19,115 bases of DNA, taken from the NCBI GenBank assembly GCA_046758365.1, contig JBHIAC010000052.1, positions 1 through 19,115 on the forward strand. Reading direction: 5' to 3'. A program made the position numbers and the translations under genes. How positions within the stretch are numbered: the first letter of the stretch is position 1; each line of letters starts with the position of its first letter. A model generated the notes under the pieces. It had not been told where the DNA came from. It did not search any database and was given only the letters and a program-made list of their open reading frames with translations. This DNA comes from a bacterium. Lineage in GTDB: Bacteria > Zhuqueibacterota > Zhuqueibacteria > Oceanimicrobiales > Oceanimicrobiaceae. Below are positions 1-7,267 of this stretch, in pieces.

Positions 1-678
1 TAATAAAGCTACGGCTTCTTCGGCGATTCTTTGAGCGTTATCAACTAAAGGCCACTGCTCCAATAATTCATAGCCCAGACTGGACCACTGACCGCCAAAG
101 GAAGAAGGATAAGAACGCTTTTGAATATCGTGATTATCTGTGGCTACAGCCGAATAACCCACTCCACTCAAGTAGATAGTTTGCTCGATGCTTGATCCTT
201 CGGTGTTGACAAAAAATTGATGGTTTCGGACAAAGCCCATTTCACCCACTACCATTTGAATCCCTGAAACTTTTCTACATAATGCATCAATCTTTAACAA
301 AAGTTCCACTTTCTTTTCAAGGGGAACTTTAAAGGGATCTTTTTCGATTGGTGTCTTCCAATTATCCACATGTTTTAACTCCTCTACCAAAATAATATCT
401 TTATCTTTCACAAGCGCACTTGCTTTCGCAATTTCTAAAGCATATTTAGCTAGTTTTTCAATGTTAACTGTACTCAGATTGTCGCTGCTGGCAAATCCCC
501 AGGCTCCGTCTGCAATTACTCGAATGCCGATACCTAAACTTTCTGAATCTGACACGGAACCCACTTTTCCATTTTTTGTTTCAATACGTTGATACCTCCT
601 ATCGAGGACACGCGCATCACCGTATGAGGCTCCCAGGTCTGATACTATATCCAAAGCAAAGGTTGCAATATCATTCAA
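1..678 (-). CDS. tldD: TldD/PmbA family metalloprotease, 5' part (runs off the window edge)
   Basis: Not in the ORF track; translated by hand from TTG at 678 with GGAGG upstream. Reads MNDIATFALDIVSDLGASYGDARV...GIGIRVIADGAWGFASS...QKRSYPSSFGGQ...AEEAVALL. GIRV...GAWGFAS is the typical TldD N-terminal motif. Confidence 0.88.
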   Translation of the reverse strand, partial: MNDIATFALDIVSDLGASYGDARVLDRRYQRIETKNGKVGSVSDSESLGIGIRVIADGAWGFASSDNLSTVNIEKLAKYALEIAKASALVKDKDIILVEELKHVDNWKTPIEKDPFKVPLEKKVELLLKIDALCRKVSGIQMVVGEMGFVRNHQFFVNTEGSSIEQTIYLSGVGYSAVATDNHDIQKRSYPSSFGGQWSSLGYELLEQWPLVDNAQRIAEEAVALL

Positions 679-698
679 TATTTAACCTCCAACAGACT

Positions 699-929
699 TT
701 AGCTAATATTCAAAAATTTCAACATTTCCTCATCTAAGAATTTGCTGTGCTCATCATTTAATGGATCCAGTCGGTGTTCATTCATTAACATAAGTTGGTT
801 ACGTATCCATTGCTGCCAACAATCTTGACAAATTTTATCTAATACTTTCTGTCCTAATTCATTATTAAAGGGGGCATCAGATAATCCTTCCTTTTTATCA
901 CTACAACGAGAGCATTCAACTATGGCCAT
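699..929 (-). CDS. yggX: Fe(II)-trafficking / oxidative damage protection protein, YggX family
   Basis: 76 aa. ELGQKV...WQQW...QLMLMNEHRL...FLDEEMLKFL follows the YggX pattern; GGAGG precedes the ATG. Confidence 0.85.
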   Translation of the reverse strand: MAIVECSRCSDKKEGLSDAPFNNELGQKVLDKICQDCWQQWIRNQLMLMNEHRLDPLNDEHSKFLDEEMLKFLNIS

Positions 930-992
930 TTATTCCTCCAATTTGCTATGTATTTATGGTGCCTAGGTTTTATTTTTTCTTGAAATATAAAT

Positions 993-1099
993 GACGTTGG
1001 TGCAAAAACAGGATAATTTCAACTTTCAGGACATAGGAATTCTATCCAACGTCCTTTACAATTAAAGATTTTTAGCTTCCTACTTTTTGCACCTATGTC
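993..1099. mobile_element. 107-bp MITE-like element with 16-bp terminal inverted repeats and a 6-bp flanking direct repeat
   Basis: Left end GACGTTGGTGCAAAAA; right end TTTTTGCACCTATGTC (14/16 inverted match). ATAAAT at both 987-992 and 1100-1105. Confidence 0.65.
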
Positions 1100-1104
1100 A
1101 TAAA

Positions 1105-2478
1105 TCAATTAACCATCTGTGATATCGTTACTAACTCGTATCCTTGTTCACGTAAACCATCAATAATTTTAGGAAGCTTTCTATGGGGGAAATCCTTATC
1201 ACGCAAAGTACCCAAATGCATCAAAATAATAGTACCGTTGGCGCCAAATTCGGAACCATTACCGAAATTTAAGATTTTATCCAAAATTTCGTCAGCAGAA
1301 CGATAGGCAGGGGATGTGGTATCTGCGACCCAGTCCATGGTATCCATATTGTTTTCCCAATTTTGCCCCAAGGTCCATTCGATATGGCGATAACCCAGTT
1401 CTGCAGCCCACTCCCGGATTTCTAAATTATGTTCACCGTAAGGAGCTCGCCAATATGGAGCCATTGTTTTACCCGTATAGGCAGTAAATAGAGCGGCCGT
1501 TTGTTTCAATTCATTTTGTAAAAATTCCCTAGTTACCCTCGATTGGGTTAAATGAATACTATTCTCTGTAAAAGTGGTCAAATGAGGATGACTCCATGTA
1601 TGATTACCAACTTCATGACCATCAGCCACTATTCTTTGTACTATTTTAGGGTAATTTTTAATATAGGTCCCCGTTAAAAAAAACGTGCATTTTAAATTTT
1701 TTCCCTTTAATATGTCTAAAATTTCTTGGCTTGTGTTGGCCACGTAACCGCCGTCAAAAGTTAACGCTACTTTCGGTTCTAAAATTATGCCGCGGGTAAC
1801 ATTGTTGGCGAGATAATGGATGGTGGGATTGTTGTAAACAATATCGATTTTCTCTAAAATTGTCACTTTCCCATTTTCAGAAATGGATTTAACAGTAAAT
1901 GAATTATTGCCTCTCTTTGTTGGAATATTTTTAAATAAAAATTTACCTTTTTCGGGCAAAGTGATCGCCTTTATTTTTCCATCTACAATCAAACTGATTA
2001 TTTGATTATCTGCTGCTTCCCCCTCTATTTCAATTCGATTAGTTAGCACCATGGCGCCCTTTATTGGCTTTAAAATTTTGAAAGAATCTTTGAATGAATT
2101 AGTGGGCTCAATTTTGTCCTTAGAATTAATAATCAATTTTTGATTACTCTCCAATTTTTGGAGTCTATTCCGGAGATCAAAGATTGTCAAAATAGAAATT
2201 GACAAGGCACCCAATAATAAAATATTAAAAATGATTTTCCCACGAACAGCTTTTTTTATAGGTAACTTCATTAAAATAAATGTAAATGCTAATAGTGTCG
2301 CTAATCCCTTGGTGATTGGTGTTGAAAAGTTCTCACGGAAAAAATCTCTATAACACTTGTAGCTACAAAAATAGTGATGGCTGGCTAAAAATTGGCATTT
2401 CACGCATATTGGCAGATGACAATAATAACATTTCCGTCTCGCTTTTCTTCGAGGATGGTTTTTACAAAATCCTGCCAT
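1105..2478 (-). CDS. Membrane-anchored polysaccharide/peptidoglycan deacetylase (NodB/CE4) with an N-terminal Cys/His-rich zinc-finger-like region and an Ig-like linker
   Basis: CE4 motifs TFDGG, HTWSH, RAPYG, DTMDW, LMH. N-terminus CKNH..CYYC..CVKC..HHYFCSYKC followed by hydrophobic segments. ATG at 2478 preferred over the TTG at 2496. Confidence 0.85.
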   Translation of the reverse strand: MAGFCKNHPRRKARRKCYYCHLPICVKCQFLASHHYFCSYKCYRDFFRENFSTPITKGLATLLAFTFILMKLPIKKAVRGKIIFNILLLGALSISILTIFDLRNRLQKLESNQKLIINSKDKIEPTNSFKDSFKILKPIKGAMVLTNRIEIEGEAADNQIISLIVDGKIKAITLPEKGKFLFKNIPTKRGNNSFTVKSISENGKVTILEKIDIVYNNPTIHYLANNVTRGIILEPKVALTFDGGYVANTSQEILDILKGKNLKCTFFLTGTYIKNYPKIVQRIVADGHEVGNHTWSHPHLTTFTENSIHLTQSRVTREFLQNELKQTAALFTAYTGKTMAPYWRAPYGEHNLEIREWAAELGYRHIEWTLGQNWENNMDTMDWVADTTSPAYRSADEILDKILNFGNGSEFGANGTIILMHLGTLRDKDFPHRKLPKIIDGLREQGYELVTISQMVN

Positions 2479-2507
2479 ATTTAATTTCTCGATCAAATTA
2501 ATTAAAG

Positions 2508-2767
2508 ATTGTAGTCAATCACAGGATTAAAAAATACCAGTTTTTCGGCCACAGAAACAGAACTGCCACAGAAATGAATTGTAAAAATTCTCTTTAGTTC
2601 AACGATAATACCGGGGCAAATTCATGAGCACAAAGAACCTTCAATTTTTCAGGGCCTATGAATCCTCTATCTTATTTCTGTGGGATTTCCAGTTCTGTGG
2701 GCGTTTTTATATGATTAAAAGAAAAAAAATATACTTCAAACATCCAATCGACTACCCGTGATCAGTT
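2508..2767. repeat. 260-bp non-coding MITE/REP-like element, copy 1
   Basis: About 92% identical by hand alignment to 3673-3932. Imperfect terminal IR (GTAGTCAATCACAGG vs CCCGTGATCAGTT) and internal CCACAGAA x2 / TTCTGTGG x2. Confidence 0.85.
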
Positions 2768-2778
2768 CTATAAAATTT

Positions 2779-2807
2779 AGTTTAAAACAAAATATCCTAA
2801 AAGTCAA
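2779..2807 (-). promoter_or_regulatory. Putative sigma70-type promoter for the deacetylase-yggX-tldD unit
   Basis: TTGACT-N17-TAAACT on the minus strand. Confidence 0.45.
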
Positions 2808-2856
2808 GAAAAATAAAAGTACCCAAGAACAAATTTTTGTGATAGAAAATCATGGG

Positions 2857-2873
2857 TGTCTCAGCATGAGACA
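2857..2873. promoter_or_regulatory. Palindromic site, candidate enhancer for a sigma54 activator
   Basis: Perfect TGTCTCA-N3-TGAGACA, centred ~175 bp upstream of the predicted sigma54 start. Confidence 0.5.
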
Positions 2874-3012
2874 GTGTAATAATCTATAACGCTAGATTCT
2901 GCGAAAATTTTATTTTTTATCAAACTAATTTGAAAAGCTCTTTACTGTTTATGTTCAATAAAATTTGTCATTTAACAAATTAACAAGAATGATTCTACAG
3001 TTAAAATTAAAT

Positions 3013-3028
3013 TGGCACAATAGTTGTA
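3013..3028 (+). promoter_or_regulatory. Putative sigma54 (-24/-12) promoter
   Basis: TGGCAC-AATAG-TTGTA vs consensus TGGCAC-N5-TTGCW. Spacing is exact; -12 is GT instead of GC. Confidence 0.55.
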
Positions 3029-3061
3029 TAACAAATATTTAACATTCGGTAATTTAAAAAT

Positions 3062-3090
3062 AAAAAAGCAAGGCTATTCACCTTGCTTTT
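3062..3090. terminator. Hairpin; likely intrinsic terminator for the minus strand (possibly bidirectional)
   Basis: AAAAGCAAGG-CTATTCA-CCTTGCTTTT; the minus strand continues into a long T-run. Confidence 0.65.
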
Positions 3091-3124
3091 AAATAAAGAT
3101 TCTCCATCCACCCCTCCTTTCCCG

Positions 3125-3160
3125 AAACGGCGGAACTAAAATTCCGCCGTTTTTGGTTTT
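3125..3160 (+). terminator. Intrinsic terminator, stronger T-tract on the plus strand
   Basis: AAACGGCGGAA-CTAAAA-TTCCGCCGTTT followed by TTGGTTTT. Confidence 0.65.
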
Positions 3161-3161
3161 A

Positions 3162-3599
3162 TCACGCTAAAATTTTAATACCTCCATTAACTGTGGAAAT
3201 ATCAAGTTTTAGATTGTTTGGTACTATTAGATGATAATTCACACTTATACTTACACCCCCTCTAAAAATCGAGTCCCAAAACTCGTTAGGGTACCTTGGA
3301 ATATGAGTTTGAATTTCGAGGTAATCTATGTCATGTTCGATTTCTATGCGCACCTCTTTCATAATTTCCTCGGTTCGGCGAAGGCTTTTGGCTTTTACAA
3401 TTTTTTCAGCTTCTCCTTTAATCTCATCTCTATTCCAAGACTCCAATTTTATATTTCCATTAGTATTTCTGAGGATTAACTTACCCCCTTTTTCAAATTC
3501 AAAAGTTTTATCTAACTGCTGTCGTAGGGTGCCCGCATTCAATGAGGAATATAGACTACAAATTGCAAAACAGATAATTGGGACAATTTTAGTGCGCAT
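3162..3599 (-). pseudogene. Secreted DUF4097-like beta-strand repeat protein, apparently shortened
   Basis: Signal peptide, GKLILRNTNGNIKLESW...SVNYHLIVP...LDISTVNGGI, then stops at 145 aa where the TxNGxI repeat array would normally begin. May instead be an intact short CDS. Confidence 0.55.
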
Positions 3600-3672
3600 G
3601 AGGTTATCCTCCTGTTATTATATTTTGTTAATATCTTTCAAGAATAATACATCTCTTGAGTATAAACAACTA

Positions 3673-3934
3673 ATTGTAGTCAATCACAGGGTTAAAAAAT
3701 ACCAGTTTTTCGGTCACAGAAACAGAACTCCCACAGAAATGAATTGTAAAGATTCTTTTTAGTTCAACGATAATACCGAGGCAATTTCATGAACACAAAG
3801 AACCTTCAACTTTTCAGGATTTATGAATTCTCTATCTTATTTCTGTGGGATTTCCAGTTTTGTGGGCGTTTTTAAATGATTAAAAGAAACAAAATTATAC
3901 TTAAACATCCAATCGAATACCTGAGATCAGTTAC
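3673..3934. repeat. 260-bp non-coding MITE/REP-like element, copy 2 (same orientation)
   Basis: Homologous to 2508-2767. Ends GTAGTCAATCACAGG / CCTGAGATCAGTTAC; ACAACTAAT occurs at both flanks (3666-3674, 3933-3941). Confidence 0.85.
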
Positions 3935-3971
3935 AACTAATCGAGCCTAACCTTCATCAATAAATATTTAA

Positions 3972-4826
3972 CTATTCAATTTGGAGTTCCCCTAGCCCCG
4001 GGCTTACTTTCAAAGTAAATTGATTTGCGGCGTCATCGTAATTTTTACTATAATAATATCTTCCAGATTTTTTAAACCGATAAGGTAAATTTATGTTAGA
4101 CATAAACAAAAATTTTGAAACAGATAGTTTTATCCCAACATCCTGAGGTAAAATGATATTCGTTTCACCTATATCCAAATCAACCGATGCGCGGGCTTTG
4201 GGCAATAGCTCTCCCCGGAAATCAATGGTCATTTCACCGATGCCACCATTTATTTCAGCATCCCTAAAGCGGGCGTTTCCTAATCTAACAAGATCTGTTT
4301 CCCCTATTTTTGTATTTATATCTAGATAATTCATTTCAGATTTGTTCGGCTCAGAAAACTCAACCAAAACCTCACCCGCCCAAGTTTTTAAGTCAAATTC
4401 AACTATGGAAAGACCACCCAGATCTAGTTCAACTTCTCCGGCTTTAATTTTTGTTTCAAAATCGATCTCAACTCCATATGGAAGCTCTAATGCAAAATTC
4501 GCCTTTAAATCCTCTTCGTCCGAATCCATCCAACCCCTTTTATCAAATTTTACATCTAATCGTGAGCGTTCTTCATCAAAGTCTACATATACTTTAAACT
4601 CATCCTCCGTGTAATAGATTGTAATCCAGGCCTCATTTTCACGTAGGCTTTTGAATATTTTTACTTCAGCAGCGTCAATATCAACTTTTACATGGAATAC
4701 TTTACCCGAAGGTACTTTATATCTTTCTCGAAATCGCTCTACATCTCTACCCTGGGCTATGAGTAAATTTGAAAAGAGTAGAAATGAATAAGACAACAAG
4801 GCAGGAAATGTAAAATATTTTGACAT
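3972..4826 (-). CDS. Secreted beta-repeat protein (DUF4097 / LiaF-LiaG-like cell-envelope protein)
   Basis: Signal peptide and periodic motifs KAGEVELD, WAGEVLVE, KIGETDLV, GIGEMTID, DIGETNII, GLGELQIE. GGAGG SD. Confidence 0.7.
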   Translation of the reverse strand: MSKYFTFPALLSYSFLLFSNLLIAQGRDVERFRERYKVPSGKVFHVKVDIDAAEVKIFKSLRENEAWITIYYTEDEFKVYVDFDEERSRLDVKFDKRGWMDSDEEDLKANFALELPYGVEIDFETKIKAGEVELDLGGLSIVEFDLKTWAGEVLVEFSEPNKSEMNYLDINTKIGETDLVRLGNARFRDAEINGGIGEMTIDFRGELLPKARASVDLDIGETNIILPQDVGIKLSVSKFLFMSNINLPYRFKKSGRYYYSKNYDDAANQFTLKVSPGLGELQIE

Positions 4827-4986
4827 AATTAAGACCTCCTCAGAGTAAATCCAACCTCTCTACAAACAAAATCAGAGATGAACGCTTTAAAATAAGATTT
4901 TTCCCTCTTCCACCTCGAATTTTAGAAAATTTTGAACAGAAGTCTTCAGGTTATAAATATCTAGGGGAGTATTAATTACAATTTCG

Positions 4987-5011
4987 GTTCAACACCTTTT
5001 CAAAGTTGAAC
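4987..5011. terminator. Weak hairpin after rluD
   Basis: GTTCAAC...GTTGAAC inverted repeat; no good U-tract. Confidence 0.3.
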
Positions 5012-5021
5012 AGTAATTAAT

Positions 5022-5996
5022 TTACTCATGTTTCATACGAATGCGGTCAAGCAAAAGTTGCATATCATCAGGTAAATCAGAATCAAATCGCATATATTCA
5101 TTTTTTACGGGATGGGTAAATCCTATAGTCTTAGCATGCAGGGTTTGTCTTTTCATCATATTTAAAAGCTCAACAGCAAATTGACGTTTTTGAGTTGATA
5201 ATGCTCCTAACTGCCTGTTCCGTCCACCGTAGGTCATATCGCCAAAAACAGGGTGGCCAACAAAGGATAAATGCACACGGATTTGATGGGTTCTTCCGGT
5301 TTCCAAATATATTTTAACATAGGAAAACAAGGTCAGTTCTTCCAAAACCTCATAATGAGTTATAGCCAATTTCCCTTCCTTCTGCACAGTCATCCTTGTT
5401 CTATCTTTTGGACTACGAGCAATATAAGAGGCTATTTTACCTTTCTTTTTTCGAAAGTGTCTCCATACGATAGCTCGATATTCCCGCTCAGTTTTTTTTT
5501 CAGAAAATTGCTGGGATAGATTTATATGCGTTTCATCATTTTTGGCGATGACCATTAATCCAGAGGTGTCTTTATCCAACCTGTGTACAATCCCTGGTCT
5601 TTGTCTGCCGCCAATAGCAGAAAGATCACCGCAATGAAAAAGCAGAGCATTAACTAAAGTGCCAGTATAATTAGCAAAAGCGGGATGAACCACCATACCT
5701 GCTTCCTTATTTATCACGAGTAAATTTTCATCTTCGTATAGAATGTTCAATGGAATATTTTCGGGTAAGATGTCTATTTTTATCGGCTTGGGGAGGCAAA
5801 CATCAATCTTCTCATAGGGTAAAACGAGATGGCTGGCCTTGGCAGGCCTTCCGTTGACCAGCACCTTCCCCTCATCTATTACTTTTTGAAGACGTGCACG
5901 AGAAACAGTTCCAATATACTGGGTTAGAAATTTATCAAGACGCTCTTTTTCTTTACCGGGGGGAATTACAATTTCAATATATTTATCCTCTTGCAT
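5022..5996 (-). CDS. rluD: 23S rRNA pseudouridine synthase, RluA/RluD family
   Basis: N-terminal S4-like ERLDKFL region; NKEAGMVVHP, HRLDKDTSG, TGRTHQIRVH motifs. Confidence 0.93.
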   Translation of the reverse strand: MQEDKYIEIVIPPGKEKERLDKFLTQYIGTVSRARLQKVIDEGKVLVNGRPAKASHLVLPYEKIDVCLPKPIKIDILPENIPLNILYEDENLLVINKEAGMVVHPAFANYTGTLVNALLFHCGDLSAIGGRQRPGIVHRLDKDTSGLMVIAKNDETHINLSQQFSEKKTEREYRAIVWRHFRKKKGKIASYIARSPKDRTRMTVQKEGKLAITHYEVLEELTLFSYVKIYLETGRTHQIRVHLSFVGHPVFGDMTYGGRNRQLGALSTQKRQFAVELLNMMKRQTLHAKTIGFTHPVKNEYMRFDSDLPDDMQLLLDRIRMKHE

Positions 5997-6056
5997 AAAA
6001 TTCGAGGAAGTAAGAGATAGAATATTGGGATGGAGTCGAATATGTTAAGTAAAGTC

Positions 6057-6163
6057 CTAGAGGGGTTGACGAAAATCCCAAATTTACGGAATTAACAACA
6101 TCTAAGTTATTGTTTTTTTGATCGAGTTTTTTCTAAAAATAGACTTTCCGTCCATGTCTCTAG
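6057..6163. mobile_element. ~100-bp MITE-like element bounded by CTAG at the lspA stop codon
   Basis: CTAGAGGGGTTGACGAAAATCC vs reverse complement of the right end CTAGAGACATGGACGGAAAGTC (15/22). Internal IHF-like site at 6103-6115. Confidence 0.5.
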
Positions 6164-6648
6164 TCCTCCACAGCTAATTCTTGGTACTTTTTTTCGTTCT
6201 TTTCGCTTTTATCAAAAAATACCATGGCAACTAAAATAATCATTCCTATGGTGACGGAGCTGTCAGCCACGTTAAAAATTGGCCAGCGTGTATTTTTTAT
6301 TCCGATATCGATAAAGTCAACCACTTTGCCAAAAAGAAATCTATCAATTAAATTACCTATGGCCCCACCTAAAATGAGTGAAAGAGCAAAACGAGATGAA
6401 AATTTTTCATTTCTTGCTCGAACAATGTAGATGAAAATAATAACACTCGCGATGGTTGCAAACACAGTAAAAAATTGCTGACCCCCAACCTGGATTCCAA
6501 AGGCCATACCTGGATTTTCAATGTACGTTAAACGCACAAAATCACCAATAATTTTATGAGGTATCCCCTTTTCAAAAAAATACCGCACCGAGAGTTTGGT
6601 TACTTGGTCAAAAACAATGATTATAATAGAAAATAATAATATTCTCAC
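6160..6648 (-). CDS. lspA: Lipoprotein signal peptidase II
   Basis: DQVTK, NPGMAFG, GAIGNLIDR, VVDFI, FNVAD motifs. Confidence 0.96.
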   Translation of the reverse strand: MRILLFSIIIIVFDQVTKLSVRYFFEKGIPHKIIGDFVRLTYIENPGMAFGIQVGGQQFFTVFATIASVIIFIYIVRARNEKFSSRFALSLILGGAIGNLIDRFLFGKVVDFIDIGIKNTRWPIFNVADSSVTIGMIILVAMVFFDKSEKNEKKYQELAVED

Positions 6649-6789
6649 TATAAGTCCTTATCCTTATATTATATATTAATCCTTTCTATATATTTTTTCA
6701 AGTTTGTGATATAAATCAATTCTCAAAAGCTCTCTAGGATCAGGAACTTTAATTTGAAAACGCTTTGAGAGTACCGCTCAATGGACGCT

Positions 6790-7161
6790 TCATTTCTTCT
6801 CTTCGTTTGATTTGCAAGTAATACACAAACGTGCATGGGGTACAGCTTCCAATCGTTCTCGACTTATCGGCTGGCCACATTCTTGACATGCACCGTAAGT
6901 TCCTTGTTCGATTCTTTCAAGTGCTTGGTCTATATGATAGAGAAATCTTCCTTCCTGCGTAGCAAAAAAGAACGCCTTCTCTCTTTCCATATTATCTGTT
7001 CCAACATCAGCCATGTGATATGAATAGGCAGAATTCTCGCCAGAAGCGTCTTTTAATGTTTCAGTTATTCCTTTCTCTTTTAAGTGACTCAATTCCTTAA
7101 CTATATCCTCTCTCTTCTTAAGAAGAAGATTTTTAAAATGAGTCAGATCATCTTTATTCAT
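6790..7161 (-). CDS. TraR/DksA family C4 zinc-finger regulator
   Basis: HMADVGTD coiled-coil tip and GTYGACQECGQPISRERLEAVPHARLCITC. ATG at 7161 follows GGAGG (ORF track uses TTG at 7173). Confidence 0.9.
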   Translation of the reverse strand: MNKDDLTHFKNLLLKKREDIVKELSHLKEKGITETLKDASGENSAYSYHMADVGTDNMEREKAFFFATQEGRFLYHIDQALERIEQGTYGACQECGQPISRERLEAVPHARLCITCKSNEEKK

Positions 7162-7267
7162 CTTATCCTCCAATTCTAAATGAAATCCTACTACTTCTAA
7201 ATATCACCTTATAGGCTAATCTACAATATAAAATAATCTATAATGTTGCATATATCTTTATAGGCGA

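Larger units (their letters stand above)
3039..3160 (+). ncRNA. Candidate small regulatory RNA (~120 nt) with a C-rich anti-SD tract
   Basis: Starts at the position predicted by the -24/-12 motif. Contains a hairpin (3064-3090), TCTCCATCCACCCCTCCTTTCCC (3101-3123), and a GC-rich hairpin plus T-tract. No ATG-initiated ORF in the span. Confidence 0.45.

Noticed and set aside
3125..3164. TGA followed by a hairpin as possible selenocysteine read-through of the DUF4097-like gene
   Set aside because: The TGA is immediately followed by in-frame TAA.
2508..3932. CRISPR array or autonomous IS
   Set aside because: Only two long copies, no repeat-spacer periodicity, and no cas or transposase ORF.
4878..4905. 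ECF sigma promoter upstream of the beta-repeat gene
   Set aside because: GGAAA...CGTT match and spacing are poor.
6721..6770. TCTCAAAAGC...GCTTTGAGA inverted repeat between the dksA-like gene and lspA
   Set aside because: Short imperfect stem, ~30-nt loop, no U-tract or flanking duplication; function cannot be supported.
7205..7266. Short direct repeats TTATAGGC and TAATCTA after ileS
   Set aside because: Too short in AT-rich DNA to distinguish from chance.
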